Counted from the stretch's first letter, positions 26,745 to 40,434 are shown. The stretch is DNA of 64,000 nt from Vicugna vicugna (GCA_013265495.1 MU058337.1:3776880-3840879), one strand, 5' to 3'. Notes: generated by a model not told the origin, from the letters alone. Program-made: numbers and translations.

Positions 26745-26900
26745 TTTATAGCAGCTTTTAGATTTTAAAGCACTTTTTATGTCTCTCATTAAATCCACAC
26801 AATAATCCTGTGAGATAGGTATTAATATCCACATTTGCCATATGTGGAAAATAACAATAAAGTGTAATTTAACGAAAACCTCAGAGTTAGTAAAAATTCT
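26745..26900 (-). mobile_element. MIR
   Basis: ctcattaaatccacacaataatcctgtgagataggtattaatatccacattt. Confidence 0.75.
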
Positions 26901-27099
26901 TATGGCTAGCACTGCAGGTGTGATAGCCCAGGAGATGTGCATAACAATAATCTCCTTTTAAGATAAGTTGGGTTTTAGAAGGATTTTCTTACAAATTAAT
27001 CATTAAAGTTTAGGTTTTCAAACAGTAAGCTTCAGTTGTTTGGAGACTACACTCAAGCGTACACAGATAATCCGTAGTAAATTTGTGCTGTCTGCTGCA

Positions 27100-27310
27100 G
27101 GGAACATGGGTTTGGGCACAGTCAGGCTTGTAATCAAATCCAGGCTTAACATTTTATTCTTAGGTCTCATTGCCTATATTTATTTTCCTTCTCTGAGCTT
27201 CAGTTATGTTGTCTGTAAAAGAGGAAAATGCCTATTTCAAAGGGCTAATACGAGGCTCAAACGAGATAATATGTCTAAAATGCTTTCTGCTGGCCCTTGC
27301 ACAAATGCCA
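27100..27310 (+). mobile_element. MIR
   Basis: ttctctgagcttcagttatgttgtctgtaaaagagg...aaacgagataatatgtctaaaatgct. Confidence 0.7.
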
Positions 27311-28129
27311 TTCTGTTGTAGTTTTGTATATTTATAAGCAAATCTGCAGTCCCAGACAGACAGAGCTAGGGATTTGATTTAGTTAGTATTAGAAACAGTT
27401 AGATTTAATATTATAGTTGAAGATTAGGAAATCCATATTTTCTCCTCTTCATAATTAAAATGCGTAATTACTATACATCCTTTGTGAGTGACATGTAAGG
27501 TAAAACTTACATACCTCAAACACTGACACATCAAGGTTGTTCCAAAAGTATTGTTTAGAATATTGCTAAATTTGCTACTGTACAGATGTCTAGTGCCAAA
27601 AACTACTGTGTCATGGCTTTTCCCTAGAACTCACTCACTAAAAGATTAGCTACAAAATATTACTTCTGGAATACTATTGTGGGAGAAACCATATGTGTTA
27701 GATGAGGGTTTCTTTTAAATCATACACAGATGAGTAATGATCTTTCTACTTCCAAACAAGCTGCAGAAAACATTCCAGCTTTATAATTCCTGTGCTGCTG
27801 TTATTCTACAGGTGGTTGTGTTCTACGAATAACTAATAAGTGTTTGATTAGGATGTGTATATACGTTAAAAATAGCCTAGATTTAGATTATTTAAATGTA
27901 TTTCTATTATTTTAAACTATACATTTTCAAGTACCTCATGCCATACAGAAGGGCAGGAATTAATATTTATTGAACATCTACTATAAATTAAACATCATTC
28001 ATGTATTAGCATTTAATGCTCACTTCATCACGTTTCAGTGTTCTAAGGCATACATAGATTTAATAATCGAGCAACTACAGCATGAGACGTGCTTACTGAT
28101 GCTTACGTGAGGAGTAGTCTGTCATTCAG

Positions 28130-28340
28130 GAAGAGCGCCCTCTGTCTTGTGGTTCTGCCGTCACCAACTGCCTCATCCTTTTTTGAATCCAAATAGAAGA
28201 AAGTATCTCATACTGAAGTTTTTTGTAGCCAGGCCTGGAAGTGGCACATTATTCTGGAAATAACTTAGTCATATGACCATACCTAGTACAAAAAGATACC
28301 AGGAAATGCTTTCTGCCTGTGTGTTCAAAGAAGGAGGACT
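28130..28340 (-). mobile_element. Old MLT1 (J/K-like) MaLR LTR fragment
   Basis: gccaggcctggaagtggcaca...cttagtcatatgaccataccta...ggaaatg. Confidence 0.55.
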
Positions 28341-28795
28341 TCAGGCTCTGAGTGTTAAATAATCATGATAACGACCAGGCTTTGGACACAGGTCTATCTG
28401 ACTCCAAAAGTTCACGTAGTTTCTGCTTCTCAGGTTTTAAAAGATTTGTGTTTCTGCTACTCTCCAGCTCAAAAGTCTTTGTACATTTTTCTCCTTTTCT
28501 GAGTTACTGAAGAAGGCAGAAGGAATAACTCTTCTGAAGTCAATATCTTCAGCTATAAAAATTGCTTCTATAAGCATCTATGTCAGATCTAGTCTTCTAA
28601 GTGTGCATGAGTGAGATAGGAACATATCTACAACCTTCTGTGCTAGACATTAACTTGCAGGTCGCAGAAGACCTGAAAAGTCTTGGGAGCAACTTTCTTT
28701 ACTCAGGAAGATCCCAGCATGCCCTGTGAGCAGAAATGCAAATATTGTATATTTAAAAAGAGAGAGAGAGAGAGAATCCAGTAGCTAGTTGGAAG

Positions 28796-29269
28796 TGTAA
28801 TGTGGAAACCACACAAATATACTCAGCTCTACTTCCAGAGAGATCTCTGTGGGTGCACAGCTACCTGGCTGCACCAGCACCACCGCTCTGGTTTAACCAT
28901 CACATGAAACACCAGCGCTGCACTTCCTGCAGGCTTCTTCAATCGGGGGGTGAGCACAGTTAGGGCACTAGGGAAGGTTTATCCTGCAGGTTTGCAGAAC
29001 TCCTCTATTGAGAAACTTTGTCTCAGGAACTCCCCGTAATGATGGCCAAGCTCTCTTAGAACTGCTCTAGCATCTGAGACTCTTCCCACCAAATCTCCCT
29101 TCCTTCCCTCCCTTGTTTCACAGCTGCCTGGCCTGCCTTATAAGGTGAAGCCTCTCCCACCTCCTCCTGCTTTCTGCCCTTTATTCTTCTTGCGTGTTTC
29201 ACCCGGTGAGTCTCTTGCTTCTCTAATTCTTTTTGAGCACATACTTTTCAGAGAACTCGAATTGGCACA
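28796..29269 (+). mobile_element. ERVL-class solo LTR (MER74/LTR16-like)
   Basis: ttagaactgctctagcatctgagactcttcccacc...cagagaactcgaattggcaca; TG...CA ends. Confidence 0.7.
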
Positions 29270-29399
29270 AGTATTAAATTAAACTACATAGATACTAAAA
29301 AAGTATATATACGTTTTATATACCCAAATACACACATGTATAGATATAGATACACATCTATAAAGACTAGATAGATAGGTAGACTCAAAAGTCAACAAA

Positions 29400-31330
29400 A
29401 TACTTGAATCAGAAAACATTGAAACAATCCCACTAAAGTCTGGAGCTAAATAAGCATACCTGTATAACAGCTATTTAATCCTGTAAATGAGGAACAAGGC
29501 AAAAATAACATGAAGATCCAAAGGAAAGAAGTAAAACAATCCATTTTGGCTTATATGACATGGACCTGAGAAATTGAAAACATAATATGATACCACTGCA
29601 AACAAAAAGAAAGTTCATAAAGATGGCATAAAACAAAATTTATATAAAGAAATCAGCTGCTTTTATACATATAAAGAATAACTAGTTAGAAGATATAATT
29701 GAAGGAAAGTTCTTAATAAAAAACAAAGGAAATGATAAAACATCTATAAATTTAATAAGACTTGTGCAAGATTTTTACAAAAACAACTTTAAAACACCAC
29801 TGAAAAACAACTAAAGTTGAACAAAAGGAAAGACACACCCTCTTCTTGGAGAGGAAGATTCAATGTGGCAAAAATGTTAATTATCTGTGAGTTCATTTGC
29901 ATGTTTGACATGTACCTAACAGGTTGCCAAATTTTTGCTTTTTAGAACCAGATCAGTTGGTTATAAAGCTAATATGGAGAAATAAATATAGTGAATAAAT
30001 ATTTGAATGCAAAGAGCAATGAAAATTGCTAGATATCCTACTAGATATTAAAATATAAGACATCAGTAATAACAATAATGTGGTACCGGTACACAAATAG
30101 ACCATCAATCAGAATTCAAAATCTAGAATTTTTTTTAATTTTGATAAAGAAATTTAGTACAATGGAAAGATTGCTACTAACTTACAAAATCACTGAAGAA
30201 AAAAAGACTATTCAGCAATTGGTCAGAATAACTAGGTAGACATTTGGAAAATATATAAAGTTGGACCCACACACTACACTATACACCATGGTAAATTTCG
30301 AATGATCAGATATTTATATGTGAAATAAGTAATCCATGAACTACTAGAACAAACTGTGTCTGAATCCCCTTATAACATTGAAGTAGGAAAGTTTTTTTAA
30401 CTAAGACTCAATACCCAAAAGACATAAATGAAGAGTTTGATAAATTTAACTATGTAAAAATCAAAACTTCCTCAGTGTACAAGTTTACCCAAAACAAAGT
30501 TGGGGGATGGTGGAGGGGGAGTAGTGCTCAAATTAGCCACAAGGATTAAGCCTGGATACTTTAATTAATAAGAAACAAAACCCAGTAGGAAGGATGTGAG
30601 CAGATAGTTCACAAAAGAGAAAATACAAATGATTCTTAAGTACGTGAAAAGATGCTCAGCCTAACATACAATGAGTGAAATGCTTCCTAAAGTTTTATTG
30701 AAATACAATTTTTCTCCAGATATTTAAGGAAAAAATTTATATTTTGATAACTCACTCATAATGATGAGGCTCTATGGGCGCAGGCACTTTCCTTCATTGC
30801 TGGGGTCAGTTAGCACCATCCTTCTGGAGGGCCGTTTCATAATGTCGTCACTATATAGTTGAACTTTGCAACCCATCAGTTATATTCTGGAAATTCAACT
30901 ACACAAATGTGAAATGCAGTTATTCACTGAAGCATCCTCTATATGAGCATAAGATTGAAAATAACTCAAATGCTCATCAGTGAATCAATGGGAACCCAAA
31001 CAATTAACTCCTTATAATGGAATGTGATACATACTCAATTTCAAATGTGGAAATATTTCCAAAATATTTCAAATAAAGAGCAAGATAGAGTGTAGTGTGT
31101 GTAGTATGCTGCACACACCACATATCTATACAAAGAGAAAAAATATACGTGTGTATGTATGTGCGAAATGAAACTCTGGAAGGAGGCATACTAGAAACTG
31201 ATTCTTGTGTGTGTGGTTAAGGGACAGATGTGTAGATGGAGGATGAGAATGAGAGACTTTTCCTTCTATACATTTTATAAATTTTGATTTTGCATTCAGA
31301 TTCTTTGATTATCTATTCAATTTCTTTAAT
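29400..31330 (+). mobile_element. Old L1 (L1ME-like) ORF2 3' half and 3'UTR
   Basis: aatcccactaaagtctgg, ggaagattcaatgtggcaaaaatg, tgaaaagatgctcagcc; frames disrupted. Confidence 0.8.
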
Positions 31331-31369
31331 CATAAGAATAATATCAGAACAAGCAAAGATTAATGTATA

Positions 31370-31800
31370 TATATTCATTTATTCCAAAAATGTTTATTCA
31401 ACAACTACAGTGTGGCAAGAACTGCAGCAGGCAATGGAGAATAAAGGATGACAATTCCGGTACTTAGGGAGCATAGAGTCAAGTGAAAGAAACTGACAAG
31501 CAATCATGACCTAAATGTAAAACTTGAGTGATTGAGGAAAGGAAGCTGCACCAGTAGAAACAAAAGTCAAAAGGGAAAGCCACTTTAAGAAATAATATAG
31601 TTGATGGGAGATGCTCTGCAATTTGATGAAGCGAAGGATTTATGCAAATTGAAAACTCCACCAGGAAGTAGATGAAAGATTGGCATTTAGAAAAGATTCC
31701 AAAACTGAGTTTGAGTATTCTTTTGAGGTGGGAAGTCTAAGAGAGAAAGCAAAAAGGAACAGGAACCCAGAATGAATCCTGGGCGATGTCCATTTCCTAG
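31370..31800 (-). mobile_element. L2 3' end
   Basis: attcatttattccaaaaatgtttattcaacaactacagtgtggcaag. Confidence 0.65.
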
Positions 31801-32202
31801 GTTTCAGACATCTTTTCCTTTTATCAAAAGTTTCCATTCAAGATTCTGTTTTTTAATAATAGTCTCTGTAAAGGTAAGATTGAAGTATTTTTCAAATACA
31901 GCTTCAAAAGGCTTAAAACACTGTAACAGTCTCTGGCAAAACTTCTAGGTTTTTATGATATTGATAATTAAAAAGAAAACTCCATAGTCAGACAAGTTCA
32001 GTCCATGACATGATATTCCTAAAGTTGTATATCTGACATCTGGTGAGATATCTGGTGCCATTTTATGATGTATGATGCAGGAAATTTGAAGGTCTTTTGG
32101 TTACAATAGAACTTGAGTAAAAAAGGCACTTTGATTCAAATCCATTTTCTTTTATTTTTGATTATTCAGAGAAATCATTTCATGTTGCATATTAATTCTC
32201 CC

Positions 32203-32370
32203 TTAGAGCCAGCTGGTAGAGCATGAGGCTAATGAGGCCAAAGTTGCTGGTTCAATCCCTGTACTGCCGACAGGCCCCACACAGGGAAAGCTTTTTGGTG
32301 TGCACCTCTAATCAAGTCCAGCTGTCTTCCCAGTTAGGCATTAGACACAAAGGGACTCAGGTGAGAAGGT
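32203..32370 (+). mobile_element. MamSINE1-like, tRNA(Ile)-derived ancient SINE
   Basis: tRNA-like head (A box agctggtagagc, gctaatgaggcc, B box ggttcaatccc) followed by a MamSINE1-like body (tgcacctctaa...cacaaaggga). Confidence 0.75.
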
Positions 32371-33754
32371 GAATTTCTGATGAGGAATCATTGTCCACAA
32401 AAAGTAGCAGAAATTTCTAACCTAGTAAATCTTACATCTCACAACATGGCAGACTGTGGACTCCACTCACCTACATTTGTCTTTGAGAGTTTTTTTTTTT
32501 TACATGTAAGACAAGATTATTCAAATAAGTATATCACAAATGATTTACTCAACCAGAGTAAAGGGAAAATCCAAGCTGATGCCTGTAAGTGCAGTTGAAT
32601 TCCTCTGATGTCTCCTAGACTTTATTTTTGTCAACCAGACCATTTGTATTACTCCTGTTTTAAATCTGAACATAACTTTGCCATACAGGAAAACAAACTC
32701 ACAAACAAAAAATGCATTTCCAGACTCCATCACAAGTTCTGCCAAGCACAGACTTTACAAGTGTGGCAATGGCAGCTGTTCCCACTAGTAAGAACAGCTG
32801 GGAAAAACAGAACCAAAGTCATTATCTCTCAGATTATGATCTGTTGGAACCCTGCCCAAAACATCAACACTGACACTGAATGACAGCATTTAGTCTCTGA
32901 TAACCCCTTTTAAGTTTGTGTTTCATTTCACCAAAGGAAATTAATGGTATCACATATTCAAAACCAAACAAAATATCTTAGCATTAATTCAACAGTGGGG
33001 ATATAAACCTACTTTTTTGAAATAGTTGAGCTGCTTGCATTCAAGATCAGAATAAATATGAGTCACCCTATTCTCCTGAAAGATTGCAGTCTAAAGCATA
33101 TACATTTTGAGGGTGAGAAGTAATAGAATTGATATTCTGTTCAAGTAATGCATGAAATATAATCCAGTTGTGATAGTTACTTCCAGAGTTAAAAATAGAT
33201 ATCCCCCACAATATCCAGATGACTGAGGATGAAGAGACATCTTGTCAACCTTATGCTTTGTGGACATTAGGATTAGAAATTCATAAAGTGAGTTAGATTT
33301 AAGGAAAATCTTAAGGAAAATTTAGGAAAAAGAACAATACATTGGTTAAAGGAAAGATGTGACTCAAACAGAATCAAGAACAGTCTCAAATTCAATTAGA
33401 GTAAAAGCTGGAGTGTATAATGTCATCATGATCTCAGCTGCCAAAGTTAAATAAAAGTTTATTTTTTTCATGCTCTTGTGAACATCATAGAATGAAAAAC
33501 AATCAACCCAGGCATCAGGTAACTGTAGGAATTATTTTAATGCCTGGACAACTGGTATAAAATATTCTGTAAGAATTCGATATTAAGATAAATAAAGTCT
33601 ATCTGGAAAGCGGAGTTGGGGAAAAAACAGATGGCATCTGTAATCATTATGCATCCCTTTATGCCCTTCGAATTTTATGTTTAACAAAAAAAAAACCAAT
33701 CCTTTAAATCAAATATTTAGATGACTGATGAGGTTGCAATAACATAGATGACAT

Positions 33755-34140
33755 TATGGCTTAAAAACACAAGCATGAGTTTTAGAATCAGACCCAGATT
33801 TAGCCAGCAAATCATAGTTACTAAGGTTTATCAAGTGCTTCCTATATGCCCAGGAATCTTCTACAGGTTATACATGGAATAGTTTCTCATCAAATTCTAC
33901 CAACCACCCAATAAGTTTGTATTGTTACTTATCCCCATTTTATAGATGGAAATGAGCCATAGAAAACTTGAGTAATTGGGCCAAGTCATAGAGATAGTAA
34001 ATGGCAGAGCTAATATGTAAGATATTTCATTTTCCCGAAGTACCACTAGCTGGGTGACTTTAAGAAAGTCACTAAACTTCTTGTCATCTCACTTTGCTTT
34101 TTTTATAAAATATAACTAAAACCTACTTATGTGTATTAGC
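33755..34140. mobile_element. Nested MIRs: plus-strand MIR split by a minus-strand MIR (~33810-34020)
   Basis: MIR head (ttttagaatcagaccc), antisense MIR (atccccattttatagatgg), then MIR core (ctagctgggtgactttaagaaagtcact). Confidence 0.65.
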
Positions 34141-34519
34141 ATAAAAGCCATTGATTTCTGCAGAATAATGGCTCAGTGATGGTTGACATCATTATGACCA
34201 TTATTAAAGATTCTCTGTAGAAAATTTAAGAAAGAAGAAAGGACCCATGCCCTTCCTGCATTTCTAAAATGAGGAAATTTCCTAGATTTTTTTTTCTTAA
34301 TTTGGTAGGTGAAGGACTTTACAAGAGTAACCTGTCTACCATAGTCTTGAAGAATAGCTACCTGCTTTGAGCTTCCAGATGTAAGCCTCATGCTGTGACA
34401 TTTTCCTCCTCCAAATTAATAAAATAAACTGAGAAGTTCCACACATCAGAGGTGCTAATGAGAGGAGGCAAAATTCAGAGATGGGGAGATGTTGGGCAGC
34501 TGCATGTATAATTTTGATG

Positions 34520-35019
34520 TTCAGGTGGACTAAGAGGGCTTTAGCTTTCCCTGTAGCTTCACTATCCTTGAGATAGGTTTCTTCCTGACTGTAAGCCCCT
34601 AACCACCCTTTTCTTAGAGAACTTGCCATTGTAAATTTTTCCTCTGCCAGTTTGTGATGTAAATCTTCTCCTAGCCTCTTGCCAACTTTATAACCCAGGA
34701 ATGTCTTTCCCAAGGACCTGGAAGCCATCTGTTTGAAATGTAATCAGGAAGGACAGAGCCTCCATCTCCCAGTCTCTGTGGGAGGGTGGGAGCACCAATC
34801 AGGAAACACAGATGCCTGATCACATTGACCAACCCCTCTTCAACCTTATGTCCTCTGGCACATTTACACTAGCTTATGCCAGCAATTAAAAACTCTCCCA
34901 TTTTGTACTTCAACAGGGTTGAGTTCAGTGTCTTTCTCCTATTGCAGTAGTCTTGATCTCTATTGCAGTAGTAAGTCTTGAATAAAGTCTTCTTTTCCTG
35001 ATGCAGTTTTTCTTTGACA
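34520..35019 (+). mobile_element. ERV1-class solo LTR (MER67/MER31 group)
   Basis: ggtttcttcctgact...caaggacctggaagccatc...gtcttgaataaagtctt...ctttgaca. Confidence 0.8.
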
Positions 35020-35327
35020 GTGGTGGGCTTAGCAATCACTGAGGAGGGTAGACACGAGACAGAAAAAGGAAAGAAATGTGTGTAAATGGATTTTCTGTTG
35101 AGGGAAAAGAACTGAAGATGGTGCCAACATGCTTGCTGTGAGCTCTTTATGTTAAAGTACCAGCACCTCCATTACATTGTGATTGGGTCGTGAAAGGAGG
35201 CATTCCTAAGAAAGCAGAAATCTTGGGAAGGACTGAAAAGGAAAGGGAGAAAGTATGAAAAATAAATGACAGCTTTAAAAAAGAACAATTAAAAATTTAT
35301 ACTCTAAAGACATAATAATAGACTTTT

Positions 35328-35380
35328 ATGCAAATTAAAATGCATTTAAATGCAAATTCAAGGCATGTTTTTATGCAAAT
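35328..35380 (+). promoter_or_regulatory. Cluster of three perfect octamer motifs (ATGCAAAT)
   Basis: ATGCAAAT at 35328, 35350 and 35373. Confidence 0.5.
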
Positions 35381-35779
35381 TTATATGTGGTCCTCCTGCC
35401 TACTTCGCACATTTCCTGTGACCTTGTAAAGACCTTAGCAACAGTTCCTACCTAGTGTTTTAGAGCAGTTAGGTAAAAGAGAGGTCTGTTGCAAGCTAAT
35501 CTCCAAGGGACTGGATGAGTTTTCTGGAGGAAGATAGTAACTTCCTAATGGTGTGAGATACCTGGCAGACCAGAGTAAGAGAACAGCTCCCAGCTTTGAT
35601 GGGCTAATATGGATTTCAGAGCTCTTGGTAACCATTAAAACCCATTGTCTACTCAGCAACATTAATGAGCCTTGGGGTGCAGATGTGACTTTCCTTGCAG
35701 CTGGGGAATCTTTGGAAGCCCTTGGCTTCACCTTGGAAAAATAAGCAGTTGTGAATTTTGCTTCCTTAGACATAAGAGC

Positions 35780-35975
35780 TTCAAGTTAGGACTCAGGTAA
35801 TTATGTTAAAATTTTAGCTGTGAGATCTTGGATGAATAAAAGACTTAATTTCTCTGAGTCTCAGGTCCTCAACAATAACAAAAATAAAGTCTTTAATAAA
35901 AAGGATGTCATGATGCTTAATACTGTATCTGGCACAGGGAAGTCACTACATACAGACAGCTGCTATTGTGATTAT
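35780..35975 (+). mobile_element. MIR
   Basis: agctgtgagatcttgg...cttaatttctctgagtctcag...tctggcacagggaagtcact. Confidence 0.65.
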
Positions 35976-36051
35976 CACTATCATTGTGATTTTCACACTT
36001 TTTATCCTAACTACCAATCTTAAATGCCATCCCCCACTGGCTGTAAGTTCC

Positions 36052-36100
36052 TGTGTGTGTGTGTTTGTGTTTGTGTTTGTGTGTGTGTGTGTGTGTGTGT
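36052..36100. repeat. (TG)n microsatellite with TTTGTG interruptions
   Basis: Seen directly. Confidence 0.95.
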
Positions 36101-36259
36101 TGTCAGGTACCTAACTTGTAAAAATATACTTAACTAAGATATTAATTTCAAGTAACTTAGGGCCTGAATAATTAATGTCCACTGCCCAACATGTACTATA
36201 ATGATACATACACAATATTTAATCATAACTGCTTTTGATTCACTTTGCAAGTCTTTGGT

Positions 36260-36633
36260 TGTGTTAGTTTGCTAGAGCTGCTATGACAAAGCACCACACA
36301 CTAGATGGCTTAAACCGCAGAATTTATTAACTGCAGAGTTCCAGATACGGAAGTTTAAGATCAAGAAGTCGTCAGGGTTGGTTTCACCTTGTCTCCTCTC
36401 CTTGGCTTGTACATAGCTGTCTTCTCCCTGTGTCTTCACAACATCTTCTTAAGTGTCAGTGCCCACCTCTCTTCCAATAAAGACACCAGTCATACTAGAT
36501 TTGAGCCCACCCTAATGACCTCATTTTAACTTAATTACTTCTGAAAACATCCTATGTCCATATAGTCACATTTTGAGGTACTGGGGGTTAGGACTTACAT
36601 GAATTTTGCAAGGGACACAGTCTAGCCCGTAAC
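36260..36633 (-). mobile_element. MLT1B/C-type MaLR solo LTR
   Basis: ttagtttgctagagctgctatgacaaag...aagacaccagtcat...tgaggtactgggggttaggactt...gacacagtctagcccgtaac. Confidence 0.9.
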
Positions 36634-39079
36634 TGCCTTGCCTTCATAAGCATCTATTTTATGTAATTTTCTCACCTCAGCCATTATATTTTTCCATTAT
36701 TTATACTTTTTAATCTTTATTTAATTATTTAGGCACATACAGAAAAAGTATCGTCCAGGTATTTAATTAAGAGTCCCTCAACCTCTTAGGATAGACAAGT
36801 CTGGAATCATGTATAAGAATCCATGATAGAATAAGTTTGTAAACTCCTGGAGAGCGTGGTCCAAGTATTGTATTTCTTTGTAAGTCCCACAGTGCTCATG
36901 CAGTACACTAACTCAGAATTTTGGAAGGATAAGTGAATGAATAAATGAGCAGGGAACAGGTAGAAACAGCTAATAGAATCCTGCTGCTTCTCCAGGCACA
37001 CAAAGTAACCATGTTGTCTTATTGAAGACTCTTTCAAGCTGCCTAACTGGGGAATCTTCAATATAAGAAATGGCCTAGGGATCTGTATTCATCTTCGGAG
37101 CAGCCTGAACTGCATCTTGAGATTTTTCCAATGTTTCCAGAGTTCTATGAGTGTTCCTCCAGAGGTGTAAAGATTACTTCAGAGAAGTAATTTGCCAAAA
37201 TCTTGAGCAGACTCTGGAGAGAAGAAGGATAAGAATACCACACAGCTGAAATTATTGAAAGCAAGAAATTTAATAATAAAAATTGTTGGGCCACTGTGTT
37301 TCTCCTTTAGGAAGACCAATTTTGTTCACTTTGACGAAATAACAGGTTTAATGCACAGTCAGGTGATGCATTTAACCCCCAAATGATTGCATCTTCAAGT
37401 AATGAAATAAATAAGCCTCCCTGATACAGGAAATCCACCAACATAATAACCACTGAGCTACATTTACAGAGAATTCTGTATAAATGCATAATTGTCCATT
37501 CCAAAGAGAAATCTGTCATCTATTTTTTAATCTGTAGCTTCCCTAACTCCACAATTTATACCACTTATAATTTTCAAATCCATTTTCATTCATTTCCCAC
37601 TTTTTTCCACTTTAAAAAAATGAGTAATTCAAAAATTTACATGAGACATATAGATGATAGATAAATAAAACTAGACATAAATCTAGACAGATAAAATCAC
37701 TGAAACCCTGATCTCTCTCTAGAAAGTATTATTGTTACCAGCACACATTTTACTTTGCTATTTGTTGTTTTGTTTTTGTTTTGTTTTTGTTTTTAACAAA
37801 GACAAAACAGAAAGAAGAGAGAAAGGAAGATGATACAATGGTACATTTCCCAGTGTTTTATCAGAGCATGAGTTTGGAGGTTGTGTTACAGTCCCTAGTG
37901 GAAATTTGTTTTCATCACAAACGACCTCACAGTATGATGCAATTTATCACGATTGTCATCTTAGGCTCAAGAGAGACCAGAAATAGAATCCTAGAGGCCC
38001 CATGCGGGAGAACCTGTGTACCCACTTGCATGGTTAAACCTCTAAAAATCATCACCACCATTGGATATTAGCTGCTGGTTACTTATTCTCAAAAGTCAGT
38101 AAAAGACTTTAATTTCTCAATTTTAACTCTTAAATTGATTGGAATTATATCAATCAATAAGTATTTAGGGGGAAAAATAGTCAAGTGCATAAGCATGCTT
38201 CCCCAAGCTCAACAACCACATACTATGTGCAATTCTATTTCTTTATATAGACAAAGCATTTTATAGTTTTTTATTTTTCTTTTTTTAAACCTGCATTTTA
38301 TTATTCCATGAGCATTTAAACTTCTGTCAGAAATGTTGACTTGAACCTAGATTTTAATCTCTAATTTGAGGAAAGGAAAAGATGTAAGGTCTTAAAAAGA
38401 AGAAGGAAATGCAGTGAGTTTCTGCAATTAGCAATGTAGAAGTCTGTTAGGATGCCTTCTGGAAATCTCCACTAGATAGGGGGTAAGTTAGAATGACAGC
38501 AGGCAGCAGATGAAAACAGCGCTTGCCAATTTGGGAATCCTTTGTATGTGAGAGAGACGCGCTATCCAGTAGGCAACAGTTTTGCCTTTCTTTAAACTCA
38601 GGTAACTTGCTTTTATTTTGTCTGATTTTGATCATTAGTGCGACTGCACACACCATTGTCAGTTTAATTAACTTCAAGCTGAAAGCATGCCTACATTCCC
38701 ACCTCATTCTACTTAAGTACTTTCAGAGAGCTCATCTCTTCTCAGAGAAACATTGAAACTAAAAGAATTAGGAAGAATGATTCCCATACTTCTAAACCTC
38801 TCCTCCTCTCTCATCTCTGCTATCATACCATGCAGTTAAAATTAACTCACTTGGCCTCACAACTTCAGTAGTTATGTTTGGACATCAGATCTAGCTCTCC
38901 AACCCATCTTTTCCTGTAGATCGGATTCTTACATTCAAAAGTTTTCTACTGGGCAGTCCATCTGGTAAAACGTAAGTACATATTTGCATCACTAATAGAA
39001 AGACAAAGGTCTTTCCTCAAAATACTCTGTTTTTCTCTAAAAATACTATCTATCCAATAGTTCAGTTCATGTGTTGGGG

Positions 39080-39615
39080 TGCTGACTTGTTCTTCCTTCT
39101 CTTTTTCAACTGCAGCACTTAACCAATCACCAAGTTTTCTGAGTTCTCCCTCCATGACATCTCTTGAATCTGTTTTCTCACTGCGGACCTCAGTCATCTC
39201 TCACCTAGATTATTGCAACAACTGCAGAACTTGCCTCTCCAGACCACTCATACACATTAATTCCATGATGCAGCTAATTATATTTCCAAAGTGCAAATCT
39301 CTTCATTTCACTTCTTAAGTTAAAACCCTACACTGATGCCACATCATGCAAGAATAAAGTCCAAATGACGTGAGATGGTGAACAAGCCTTTCATGATTTG
39401 TCTCTGGGGAGCCTCTCCAGCCTCATTTCCTCTTAGAAAGCCCTTACTGCAACAGGGGCTTACTTTTAAATCCCATCTTCCTCTATCCTAACAGCTGCTT
39501 AAGAGCAAGCATTCTGTCTTTTTAATCATTGTTTATCACTGAATCCCGAGTATATAACACAACACCAGGACCATAGAAAGTTAGTGCTTAATAAATATTG
39601 CTGAGAATGAATGAA
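39080..39615 (+). mobile_element. L2 3' region
   Basis: catctctcacctagattattgcaac...aataaatattgctgagaatgaatgaa. Confidence 0.8.
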
Positions 39616-40434
39616 GAGATGGCAGAGAAAGACATCTTAGGAGTCAATATCCCAGTCTGGCTCTACTCAAAGCTCTGCTGCTGTTGCTTCAGGGAGATTC
39701 TGGGGAAATTACTTACCTTGATTTGATGGCTTTAGCTCCCTCGCTTTTTGTAGTGACTATTTGATAAGGAAAACTCTACTGTCTAACTGTGTGATGTTGC
39801 AGTGGTAAAAGGAATTCTATCCAAATTTTTATTTTCCATCATTTCAATGTTAGGTGAAGTCTGTCACTTTCCGACCATAAATAGAAATGCAGTTGTTACA
39901 GGAAAAAGTTATTATACGGAAGGACTGAATTGTAGTAGTCCCCAGAGTGCTTCCTTCTCATTTCTAAGTTCTTGAGATGGAAAATAAATTAATAACTAGA
40001 GATAAGAAGTTCAGAAATCATCCTGTATGGACTTCAGAAACCATTGCTTTTCATATCTGGTTAAAAAAAAAAAAAGAAAAAAGAAATTCTACACCTCCTA
40101 AATTATATTTGCATTCTTACTTATAGTCGAATATGTTTTAGAAAATACAGAAACATGGGTATAGGTATATTAGATTGCTGCTAATTAATATTTAGTTATA
40201 ATTCATGATTTCATAATTGTTTTTCTTATAATTTAATGGATAAAAGCTATTTACATGTTCAAATAGCCTGTGAAAGGTCTAGTGAGGCCAAGATCAGACG
40301 TATATTATTTTCCTAGGAAAAAAAGTCTCCTAGCCACCAAAATTAATTTATTAATCTATTGTTTTGGGACTCTGTCATGTTTATTAGATTGAAAATGTTG
40401 TATTAGGGGATTGAAAAAATGTAATTTTCTAAGG

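Noticed and set aside
32203..32270. Functional tRNA-Ile gene
   Set aside because: Acceptor stem broken, no T-run terminator, and it continues into a SINE body.
33299..33330. 12-bp unit ttaaggaaaat(c/t) about three times
   Set aside because: Ordinary slippage micro-duplication.
34336..34728. 130-aa minus-strand ORF
   Set aside because: Half lies antisense within an ERV1 LTR; no homology recognised.
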